Shown: positions 56,540 to 64,000 of the stretch, piece after piece | Numbering within the stretch: the first letter of the stretch is position 1 | Layout: the number at the start of each line of letters is the position of its first letter | Position numbers and translations under genes: made by a program | The notes under the pieces: model-generated | The model's database searches: none | What the model was told of the DNA's origin: nothing | Seen by the model: the letters and a program-made list of their open reading frames with translations, nothing else | From: Patescibacteria group bacterium | GTDB lineage: Bacteria; Patescibacteriota; Minisyncoccia; UBA6257; 02-FULL-45-10c | Reading direction: 5' to 3' | NCBI GenBank assembly: GCA_018969615.1 | Contig: JAGWYA010000005.1 | Span: 1,286 to 65,285, forward strand | Length of the DNA stretch: 64,000 nucleotides

Positions 56540-58756
56540 ATGAGTACTGATTCGATCAGAAAATGGCTTGAGAAAGCGATCAAGTGGTCGCTGCTCGTGG
56601 TTCCGTTCATTCCGCTGTACATCGCCCCGGCGCTTTTCTTTCCGTATATCACCGGGAAGGCGTTCGCGTTCCGTGCGATCGTAGAGATCGTGTTCTTCGC
56701 CTGGGTGTTTTTGGCGATCCTCTATAAGGAATATCGCCCGAAATGGGATGCAGTTGCGGTCGCGATCGCGGTATGGCTTGGCGTGGTAAGTCTCGCGGCC
56801 ATGTTCGGGATCAACCCGGTCCGGAGCTTCTGGTCAAACTTCGAGCGCATGGAGGGTGTGGCGACCTATATTCATCTTTTTGCCTACTTCCTGGTCATTG
56901 CCTCAGTGCTGAAGAAAAAGGATTGGACTTGGTTTTTCAATGCGTTCCTGATCGGCGGGTTCTTTGAGAACGTCTACGTACTGCTCCAGTGGGCCGGTTT
57001 GCTTTCCTCGCCGCAGGGCGGGTTTCGTGCGGACGGAACGATCGGAAATCCGGAATATGTTGCGGCTTACCTGATCTTCATCGCCGCGATCGCAGCGATC
57101 ATGTGGCTGAAGACGGATCATGCCCAGAAAACGCTCCGAGCGTTGTATCTGACGATGGGTTTGTGGACGCTCGCCTCGATCTATTTCACCGTGAGCCGCG
57201 GTCCGGTGATCGGTTTGATCGGCGGTGCATTCTGTGCCGGTGCTCTGTATCTGATCTTGAAGCGCCCGCAGACCGTCCGTGAGAAAGTGGTTTATAAAAT
57301 GACCGCCGGCATTGTCGGCCTTATGATCGTTGTGCCGATGTCGCTGTGGCTGATGCGCGGTATGCCGTTCATTAAGAACAGCCAGTCGTTGAGCCGTTTG
57401 ACCTCTTATTCGTTCACCGACGGCACGGTTGCCGCGCGTTTGACGATCTGGGGGATGAGCTTGCAGGGAGTGCGGGAACGTCCGCTGCTGGGCTGGGGTC
57501 CGGAGAACTATATCACGGTCTTTTCACGCTATTATCAGCCGAGTATGTATTCGCAGGAGCCGTGGTTCGACCGGTCGCATAATATCGTCTTTGACTGGCT
57601 GATCAACGCCGGTATTCTCGGCCTTGCGTCCTATTTGAGCCTCTTCGGCGCCGCGTTCTATCTGCTGATCCGCGCGATGCGGAAGCGTCCCGAGCTTCTC
57701 GAGGAGGGACTGCTGATCTTCGCCGTGTTCCTGGCGTACTTCTTCCAGAATTTGTTCGTGTTCGATAACCTTGCGACCTATATCTGCTTCTTCGCCTTTT
57801 TGGCATACATCGCTTCGATCGGCCGGGATGATTTTGCCAGTGAAACGGTGGTGTCCCGCACAGAACAGCCGAGCGAGGAGTTGCTGACCATTGCCGCGAT
57901 CGGTTCGGTGCTGGTGTTTCTGGGAGTGTTCTATTTTATGATCTGGAGTCCGCTGATGGCGAACTACGATCTGCTGGCGGCATTGAAGGCTCAGGCGACG
58001 CCGGGCGCGGATGCGCAGACGGTTTTGAATGATTTCACCGCGGCGCTCTCGTGGAGCCCGATGGGCAAGCAGGAGATCCGTGAGCAGTTCTCGAGCTTTG
58101 CGCAGAATATTGTGCCGGCGACCAGCGTGGCATCGTCGACGAAAGATGAGGTGGTCCGGCAGGCGCTGGCGGAAGATCAAAAGAGCGTCATGGAGAACCC
58201 GACGGATCCGCGCGTGTATCTGGTGCTGGGCAGCTTGTATGATACGGTAGGACAGTATGACCAGGCGATCGCGATCTTCCAGAAAGCGAAAGTCCTTTCG
58301 CCGGAAAAGCAGCAGATCGATTTTGAGATCGCTGACGCCTACTTTAAGATGAACGACTACACGGATGCGATCACGCTGTTGGAAAAGACATTAGCCGAGG
58401 CGCCGGACTTCAGTGAGGCGCGCATGAATCTGGTGGCGGCATACATATTGAGCGGACAGCAAAGCCAGGCGGACCAGCTTCTGATGGAGGGGTACGGGAC
58501 GGTCAATGTCTCGGATACGCTGCTCGCGCAGGTGTATTCGAAGGTGAAGGATTATAACCGTTTGGTAGGCGTGTGGCAGGCGTTCGTGAAGAATAACCCG
58601 CAGAACCTCGATTATCGCAAGAACCTTGCCGGCGCATATCTTCTGGTAGGGAATCGGCCGCAGGCGGCAGCTGTTTTGCAGCAGGCGATCGTTGATTTTC
58701 CGAGTTTCCAGGCTGAGGGCCAGGCCTACATTTCACAGATCACCGCAGGACAATAA
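56540..58756 (+). CDS. O-antigen ligase/Wzy_C-domain protein with C-terminal TPRs
   Basis: GTIGNP, TVSRG, PLLGWGPENY, DRSHNIVFDWL..GILG, C-terminal TPRs; start probably MSTDS at 56540. Confidence 0.85.
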   Translation: MSTDSIRKWLEKAIKWSLLVVPFIPLYIAPALFFPYITGKAFAFRAIVEIVFFAWVFLAILYKEYRPKWDAVAVAIAVWLGVVSLAAMFGINPVRSFWSNFERMEGVATYIHLFAYFLVIASVLKKKDWTWFFNAFLIGGFFENVYVLLQWAGLLSSPQGGFRADGTIGNPEYVAAYLIFIAAIAAIMWLKTDHAQKTLRALYLTMGLWTLASIYFTVSRGPVIGLIGGAFCAGALYLILKRPQTVREKVVYKMTAGIVGLMIVVPMSLWLMRGMPFIKNSQSLSRLTSYSFTDGTVAARLTIWGMSLQGVRERPLLGWGPENYITVFSRYYQPSMYSQEPWFDRSHNIVFDWLINAGILGLASYLSLFGAAFYLLIRAMRKRPELLEEGLLIFAVFLAYFFQNLFVFDNLATYICFFAFLAYIASIGRDDFASETVVSRTEQPSEELLTIAAIGSVLVFLGVFYFMIWSPLMANYDLLAALKAQATPGADAQTVLNDFTAALSWSPMGKQEIREQFSSFAQNIVPATSVASSTKDEVVRQALAEDQKSVMENPTDPRVYLVLGSLYDTVGQYDQAIAIFQKAKVLSPEKQQIDFEIADAYFKMNDYTDAITLLEKTLAEAPDFSEARMNLVAAYILSGQQSQADQLLMEGYGTVNVSDTLLAQVYSKVKDYNRLVGVWQAFVKNNPQNLDYRKNLAGAYLLVGNRPQAAAVLQQAIVDFPSFQAEGQAYISQITAGQ

Positions 58757-58816
58757 GAATATAGTGAGTAGAAAGTAGTCCGTAAGCAGTAAAGAGTAAT
58801 TCATAAAAATATACGG

Positions 58817-58847
58817 CAAAATTCCCCGCAAAAACGGGGAATTTTTG
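58817..58847 (+). terminator. Intrinsic terminator
   Basis: AAAATTCCCCG/CGGGGAATTTT. Confidence 0.75.
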
Positions 58848-58862
58848 TAGGCCTAAAAACTA

Positions 58863-58891
58863 TTGACCTATTTAGAAATGTGTGATATATT
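58863..58891 (+). promoter_or_regulatory. sigma70 promoter
   Basis: TTGACC, 17 nt, TATATT with an extended TG. Confidence 0.6.
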
Positions 58892-58907
58892 ATGCTTAAT
58901 AAAAAAT

Positions 58908-59954
58908 ATGAGTATTTCCGTAGCAAAATTGGTCTCGCGATTGCTCAATAAACTCGATGCCCGCCAGCGTGCGGTGATCGAAGGTCGCTACGGTTTGAAG
59001 GATGGTGCTCCGAAGACCCTCGCCGAGATCGGTGAAGGCATGAACGTAACCCGTGAGCGTGTCCGTCAGATCGAAGCCAGCGCATTGACCAGCCTGAAGC
59101 CGTCGCTTAAGGAAGCTGACGTGCGCGCTTTTGTGGATACCGTGAAGGCCCACCTTAAGAACGTCGGCGGGCTCCGCCGCGAGGATATGCTGCTCGTTGA
59201 CCTCAAGATGATGGTCGCGGACGGTACGATCGCGCAGTTCGGGAACAAGGTTCATTTCTTGCTCGATGTGTCCGGCGATATGAAATATCTTCCGGAGGAT
59301 TCGGTGAGCTTTGGATTTTGGTATCTCTCGGAAGAGGACCGCAAGAAAGCGAACGCGTTCATCGCGAAGCTGGTGAAAGCGATGGAAGCGAAGCGCGATA
59401 CGGTGGTATCGCATCAGAACATCGACAAGGTGTTCGGCGATGCGCTCAAGCCGCATAACCTGAAAGATCTCGTGGCGCTGAACTATATTTCGTCCTCGAA
59501 GCATTTCCATGTGAACTCGTACGGCGACTTCGGACTTGCGGCATGGCCTGAAGTGAACCCGAAGACGGTGCGCGATTGGGCGTATCTCGTCCTGAAGAAG
59601 AACGGCACCCCGTTGCACTTCGGCGACATCGCTTCGACGATCAATACGGTTCGCAAGGACACGAAGAAAGCCGCGCACATGCAGACGGTTCACAATGAGC
59701 TCATCAAGGATAACCGGTTCGTGCTCGTCGGCCGCGGCATGTATTCGCTCAAGGAGTTCGGTGTGATGCCGGGCACTGCGCGCGAAGTGATGGCGCGTCT
59801 TTTGAAGGATCACGGCCCGCTGAGCCCGGATGAACTGCTCAATTTGGTCTTGAACGAACGCTTGCTCAAGAAGAACACGGTACTCATCAATCTGCGCAAC
59901 CGGAAGTACTTCAAGCGCCTCGATGACGGCAAGTATACGGTGAACTTCGCATAG
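58908..59954 (+). CDS. Sigma-70 region 4 plus winged-helix (HARE-HTH/RpoE-delta-like) protein
   Basis: RYGL..TLAEIGEGMNVTRERVRQIE; C-terminal PLHF...QTVHNELIKDNRFVLVGRGMY; start 58908. Confidence 0.8.
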   Translation: MSISVAKLVSRLLNKLDARQRAVIEGRYGLKDGAPKTLAEIGEGMNVTRERVRQIEASALTSLKPSLKEADVRAFVDTVKAHLKNVGGLRREDMLLVDLKMMVADGTIAQFGNKVHFLLDVSGDMKYLPEDSVSFGFWYLSEEDRKKANAFIAKLVKAMEAKRDTVVSHQNIDKVFGDALKPHNLKDLVALNYISSSKHFHVNSYGDFGLAAWPEVNPKTVRDWAYLVLKKNGTPLHFGDIASTINTVRKDTKKAAHMQTVHNELIKDNRFVLVGRGMYSLKEFGVMPGTAREVMARLLKDHGPLSPDELLNLVLNERLLKKNTVLINLRNRKYFKRLDDGKYTVNFA

Positions 59955-59959
59955 CAGAC

Positions 59960-59981
59960 AAAAGGCGCTTCGGCGCCTTTT
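59960..59981 (+). terminator. Intrinsic terminator (UUCG loop)
   Basis: AAAAGGCGC-TTCG-GCGCCTTTT. Confidence 0.8.
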
Positions 59982-60023
59982 CAGTGATTTCGTTCTTTTA
60001 TTCATTCGAATTACAATAGAGAT

Positions 60024-61325
60024 ATGGTCTTCGATTGGAACACAGTCATTCTCGGCATTCTCGGCTCCGCCTGGCGGGTCTTTCTGGTCAGCTGGTGGAT
60101 CGTCGTCCCGCTCGCCCTCTTTTTCATTTGGAGGGATTTTTGGTTGTGGGGGAAGAACCAGCTGTGGAAGCGCGGCCTTCAGTGGACGCTCTTGGAGATC
60201 AAGATCCCGCGGAACATTTTGAAAACGCCGAAGGCGATGGAGAATATTTTTTCCACACTGCATGCGCTGTATGCGACCGACCCGGGATTTGAGGACCGGT
60301 ATTTTAAAGGACAGGACCTCCAATGGTTCAGCTGTGAGATCGTCGGTATCGCCGGCGGCGTTCATTTTTTCATTCGAACCCCGAAGTCCCACCGGAACCT
60401 GGTGGAGAATTCGATCTATTCCGAATATCCTGACGCTGAGATCGCGGAAGTGGAGGACTATGTCGAGCTGATGCCGCAGATCCTTCCGAATGCGGTGTAC
60501 GATCTTTTCGGGACTGATTTTATTTTGGCGAAGCCGGACCCATATCCGATCAAGACGTACGAGTTCTTTGAAGCGAATGTGGACGAGCAGCGGTTGGACC
60601 CGATCTCGGCGGTCACCGAGGTTATGTCGCGTCTCCGCGAAGGGGAGTCGATCTGGATCCAGTATCTCGTGAAGCCGATCTCGTCGGATAAATTGAAGGC
60701 GGAAGGCGAGGCGATCCGAGACAAGGTCATGCAGCGCAAGAAACCGCCGGCGCCGAAGACCGGCCTGGACGCCCTGATCAGCGGCCTGGGCGAATTTATC
60801 TTTAACCTGTTCCATGCGCCGCGAACCTATCCGCAGTGGGGCGGTGCACCGAAGAAAGACGACGCAGTGAAGATGTCCCAGTTGTCTCCGGGCGAACGGA
60901 ACATCCTCGAAGCGGTGGAGCAGAAGATCTCAAAGCTGTGCTTTGAGACCGTGGTGCGCTTTGTATATCTGGACCGCGCCGACAGTTTTTCGCCGGCGAA
61001 CGTTGCCGCGGTGAACGGCGCGCTCAAGCAGTTCAACACGCAGGATATGAACTCATTCCGCCCGCTCGGCGATACGATGACGCTGGTGACATCCAAAAAA
61101 CTGACGACCAAGAGCTGGTTCCGCAAGAATAAGCTGTATCTGCGGAAGCGGAGGATGTATGACCGGTATCGGTTGCGCTGGTTCCCGCAAAAAGCGTCGA
61201 TCCTCAATACCGAGGAGCTCGCAACACTGTTCCACTTCCCGATCGTATCGGTCGAATCGCCGATGCTGCGCCGTCTCGAAACGCGCAAGGGTGAACCGCC
61301 GCCGAACATTCCGTTCAGCTCTTAG
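60024..61325 (+). CDS. Conserved CPR membrane-anchored protein, partner of the VirD4-like ATPase
   Basis: N-terminal TM, LLEIKIPR..KTPKAME, FSCEI, YPDAEI.EVEDY, PIKTY, ILNTEELATLFHFP. Confidence 0.75.
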   Translation: MVFDWNTVILGILGSAWRVFLVSWWIVVPLALFFIWRDFWLWGKNQLWKRGLQWTLLEIKIPRNILKTPKAMENIFSTLHALYATDPGFEDRYFKGQDLQWFSCEIVGIAGGVHFFIRTPKSHRNLVENSIYSEYPDAEIAEVEDYVELMPQILPNAVYDLFGTDFILAKPDPYPIKTYEFFEANVDEQRLDPISAVTEVMSRLREGESIWIQYLVKPISSDKLKAEGEAIRDKVMQRKKPPAPKTGLDALISGLGEFIFNLFHAPRTYPQWGGAPKKDDAVKMSQLSPGERNILEAVEQKISKLCFETVVRFVYLDRADSFSPANVAAVNGALKQFNTQDMNSFRPLGDTMTLVTSKKLTTKSWFRKNKLYLRKRRMYDRYRLRWFPQKASILNTEELATLFHFPIVSVESPMLRRLETRKGEPPPNIPFSS

Positions 61326-61370
61326 CATTCACATTCGACTTTCGACATTCGACTAACGACTTTTACTCCT

Positions 61371-63137
61371 ATGGCTCTTGAACAAAACGACATTACTCCG
61401 TTCGGCATCATAAACTTCCGCAATCAGCGGAAGGAATTCGGCATCAAGATGGATGACCGCCGCCGCCACATGTACGTGGTCGGAAAGACCGGTATGGGCA
61501 AGTCCAACCTGCTGGAGAACATGGTGATCGCCGATGTCCGGGCAGGCAAAGGCGTCGCCGTGATCGATCCGCACGGTGAGTTTGCGGAGAAGATCCTGGA
61601 TTATATCCCGGAGAACCGCATTGACGATGTGGTGTATTTCAATCCGTCGGATACGAAATATCCGGTTGCGTTCAATCCGCTGGAGCAGGTGAGCCCGGAG
61701 TTCCGCCACTTGGTGGCCTCGGGCATTATGGGTGTGTTCAAGAAGATCTGGGTGGACGCCTGGTCCGGCCGTATGGAATATATCTTGAACAACACGCTGC
61801 TCGCGCTTTTAGAATCGCCGGGCTCCACGCTCCTCGGGATCATGCGCATGCTGAATGATGCGAAATACCGCAAGGCCGTCGTCGATAACCTGAAGGACCC
61901 GGTCGTGAAGGGCTTCTGGGTGAACGAGTTCGGCAAGTGGAACGAGAAGTTCCAAACCGAAGCGACCGCCGCCATTCAGAACAAGGTCGGTCAGTTCGTG
62001 ACCAATCCGCTGATTCGCAACATTCTCGGCCAGGCGCATTCGTCGCTTGATCCGCGCAAAGTGATGGACGAGGGGAAGATACTGATCGTGAACCTTTCGA
62101 AGGGCCGCATCGGCGAGGATAACTCGGCGCTGCTCGGCGCGATGATGATCACGAAGCTTCAGCTCGCCGCGATGTCCCGCGTGGATGTGCCGGAAAAGGA
62201 CCGCCGTGATTTCTATCTCTACGTCGACGAGTTCCAGAACTTTGCGACCGATTCGTTTGCGAACATTCTGTCCGAGGCCCGCAAATACCATCTGTGCCTG
62301 ATCGTCGCGCATCAGTACATCGGCCAGCTGACCCATGATTCGAACACGCGCGTGCGCGATGCGATCTTCGGTAACGTCGGTACGATGGTGGTGTTCCGCG
62401 TCGGCGCGGAGGACGCCGAGTTCCTGGAGAAAGAGTTCCAGCCGGACTTTATGGCTGCCGATTTCGTCGGCCTTCCGAAATATAATTTCTATACCAAGCT
62501 GCTCATTGACGGCGTGTCATCGCGCCCGTTCTCCGCATCGAGCATTCCGCCGTATCAGCGCGGAGAAACGATCTATACCGACGTGATCATCGAGAACAGC
62601 CGCCGCGTGTACGGGACGACGAAAGAAATGGTGGAAGAGAAGATCGCGACCGAATGGCTTTCATCGAGCAGTGATGTCGTTGAAGGGAAGGTAGCGCGCC
62701 GCGGCGAGCGCCCGCTGTCATCCGTCTTGAAGCCGCGCACCGACGCGCCGCGGAGAGGCGATCAGTTTGAACCGCGCCGTGACCGTCCGCAGGGAAGACC
62801 TGAGGGAATGTCGCAGGCTTCGCGCGGACCATCTCGTGGTGAGCATGCCGAACCACGCCCTGATCGTATGCCGCCGAGACAAGAACAGCCGCGCCCGCAG
62901 CCGGCAGCGCCGCGTTCTGAAGAGCTCCGCCCTGAACCGCAAAAACCCGCAGCTGGCCTGCCGCTTCCGCCGCGCCCTCCGCGTCCGGAAGGTCCGCGTC
63001 CCGAAAAGAAGAAAGTGAACATCGACGATCTTCGTGCCGCGCTTGAGCGTTCATTGAACGCCGCCAGCGCCGCGAAAGAACCCGAGCCCGATGAGCTTGA
63101 TCCCTCCCAGCTCGACGAAGTCCAGGACAGCGAATAA
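61371..63137 (+). CDS. VirD4/TraG/HerA-like P-loop ATPase
   Basis: DRRRHMYVVGKTGMGKS (Walker A), IDPHGE, LYVDEFQNF (Walker B), EARKY; P/R-rich disordered tail. Confidence 0.88.
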   Translation: MALEQNDITPFGIINFRNQRKEFGIKMDDRRRHMYVVGKTGMGKSNLLENMVIADVRAGKGVAVIDPHGEFAEKILDYIPENRIDDVVYFNPSDTKYPVAFNPLEQVSPEFRHLVASGIMGVFKKIWVDAWSGRMEYILNNTLLALLESPGSTLLGIMRMLNDAKYRKAVVDNLKDPVVKGFWVNEFGKWNEKFQTEATAAIQNKVGQFVTNPLIRNILGQAHSSLDPRKVMDEGKILIVNLSKGRIGEDNSALLGAMMITKLQLAAMSRVDVPEKDRRDFYLYVDEFQNFATDSFANILSEARKYHLCLIVAHQYIGQLTHDSNTRVRDAIFGNVGTMVVFRVGAEDAEFLEKEFQPDFMAADFVGLPKYNFYTKLLIDGVSSRPFSASSIPPYQRGETIYTDVIIENSRRVYGTTKEMVEEKIATEWLSSSSDVVEGKVARRGERPLSSVLKPRTDAPRRGDQFEPRRDRPQGRPEGMSQASRGPSRGEHAEPRPDRMPPRQEQPRPQPAAPRSEELRPEPQKPAAGLPLPPRPPRPEGPRPEKKKVNIDDLRAALERSLNAASAAKEPEPDELDPSQLDEVQDSE

Positions 63138-63145
63138 GAAAAACA

Positions 63146-63170
63146 AAAACGGCCCTAGCGGGGCCGTTTT
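63146..63170. terminator. Bidirectional terminator overlapping the CYTH stop codon
   Basis: AAAACGGCCC/GGGCCGTTTT between convergent genes. Confidence 0.7.
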
Positions 63171-63661
63171 GCAAGTTCGCTATTGGAAAGCGATCCGGTG
63201 ATCTCCGCCATAATGGGGAGGAACGGCGGAAGAGCGATCTTCTGGTTCTTGTTCTTCATTTCGAGCTCGAGGATCGCAAGTCCTTCGATACGGCGCGGAA
63301 GGCGGAACACGTCCAGTTCGAACTCTTGTTTTTTATACCGCACATAAAAACGGATCTTCTCGATCACATCTCGGCTCGGATCCTTCCGGGAGGCGAGTCG
63401 GGTGTATTCTTTTTTTGAGATCTCGCGCTCGCGTTCAACCCGCACCCGCGGATCCCGGGTCAGCTCCTTTTCAGTATAGAAAAAAGCGGTTTCGCCGGTT
63501 TTCCAGTCGAAGACCGACCGGATCCTCGCGTTGCCGATCCGGGGTTTCTTTTTCAGATAGGTCTGTTTTGCCGTGCAGATCTTCACGGTTGCTTTCGCGA
63601 ACGCAGGATTGTCGGCAAATCCCTGCCGGACAAGGAAGCGCCGTTCAATTTCAAATGCCAT
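63155..63661 (-). CDS. CYTH-domain (triphosphate tunnel metalloenzyme) protein
   Basis: N-terminal EIERRFLV, KQTYL, IEKIRF, FELDVF, LELE. Confidence 0.85.
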   Translation of the reverse strand: MAFEIERRFLVRQGFADNPAFAKATVKICTAKQTYLKKKPRIGNARIRSVFDWKTGETAFFYTEKELTRDPRVRVEREREISKKEYTRLASRKDPSRDVIEKIRFYVRYKKQEFELDVFRLPRRIEGLAILELEMKNKNQKIALPPFLPIMAEITGSLSNSELAKRPR

Positions 63662-63910
63662 AGGAGCGTGATTGTTTTTAGAATAACATCTTTGCGCCTC
63701 CGCCGAAATGCAGGGTAGAGGATGGGAAATGATAGAATGGGCGTGATTTCAGATGATCCAGCCGGGAAAATGGATGAGAAGCATCGCGCGCTTATTGGCA
63801 AAATGTATCCCCGGCACTGGTGATATCGTCAGCGTCTTTTTCCAAAAATAGCCACAAAATAGGTGATCGGCCCCTACCTCTTTTTTATTTTAATTCTTTT
63901 AGTTTTTTCT

Positions 63911-63948
63911 CCCCCTATTATCCACGCATATGCGTGGATAATAGGGGG
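63911..63948. repeat. Perfect 38-bp palindrome containing two DnaA-box-like 9-mers
   Basis: CCCCCTATTATCCACGCAT|ATGCGTGGATAATAGGGGG; TTATCCACG matches TTATCCACA at 8/9. Confidence 0.7.
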
Positions 63949-64000
63949 GAGGAGGCGGATAAGATAAAGATCGAATTAAAATAAAAAGGCATTGATAAAG

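Noticed and set aside
58896-60815. 639-aa minus-strand ORF
   Set aside because: It is antisense to two well-supported genes and their terminator and has no recognisable motifs; a shadow of codon bias.
61371-63137. Conjugative element (ICE)
   Set aside because: No relaxase, integrase or mating-pair genes in the window; composition matches the host.

Overview
This window looks like chromosomal DNA from a Patescibacteria/CPR (Parcubacteria-like) bacterium using genetic code 11. That is inferred from gene content: a huge PG-binding S-layer-like protein, a sigma70-r4/HTH protein, a membrane protein plus VirD4-like ATPase pair, and genes that mostly lack Shine-Dalgarno sites. 1-14.3 kb holds housekeeping genes (AhpC, CCA-adding enzyme, CDP-alcohol phosphatidyltransferase, KimA/YdaO-like transporter, RsmE, P-type ATPase), four tRNAs and a tRNA remnant. 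14.7-58.8 kb holds an S-layer-like gene followed by a ~40 kb surface-glycosylation locus: 8 GT4, 4 GT2, 6 GT-C-like, 1 GT47, 6 SAM methyltransferases, 2 AsnB, RmlD, two flippases and a Wzy_C-TPR protein. 58.9-64 kb holds conserved CPR genes and a CYTH gene. The most unusual signals are non-coding. (i) Eight hairpins have variable stems (mostly long) but conserved 13-nt loops, in two loop families; one family occurs as inverted pairs with loop centres 82-83 bp apart and mutually complementary loops. (ii) tRNA-3'-end-duplicating elements follow tRNA-Arg and tRNA-Pro. (iii) Nested mini-palindromes interrupt the T-loop of a tRNA-Ala remnant. (iv) Strand-polarised 7-bp tandem repeats also occur inside reading frames. 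No transposase, integrase, Cas gene or CRISPR array is visible. All calls come from reading the sequence by eye; no searches were run.
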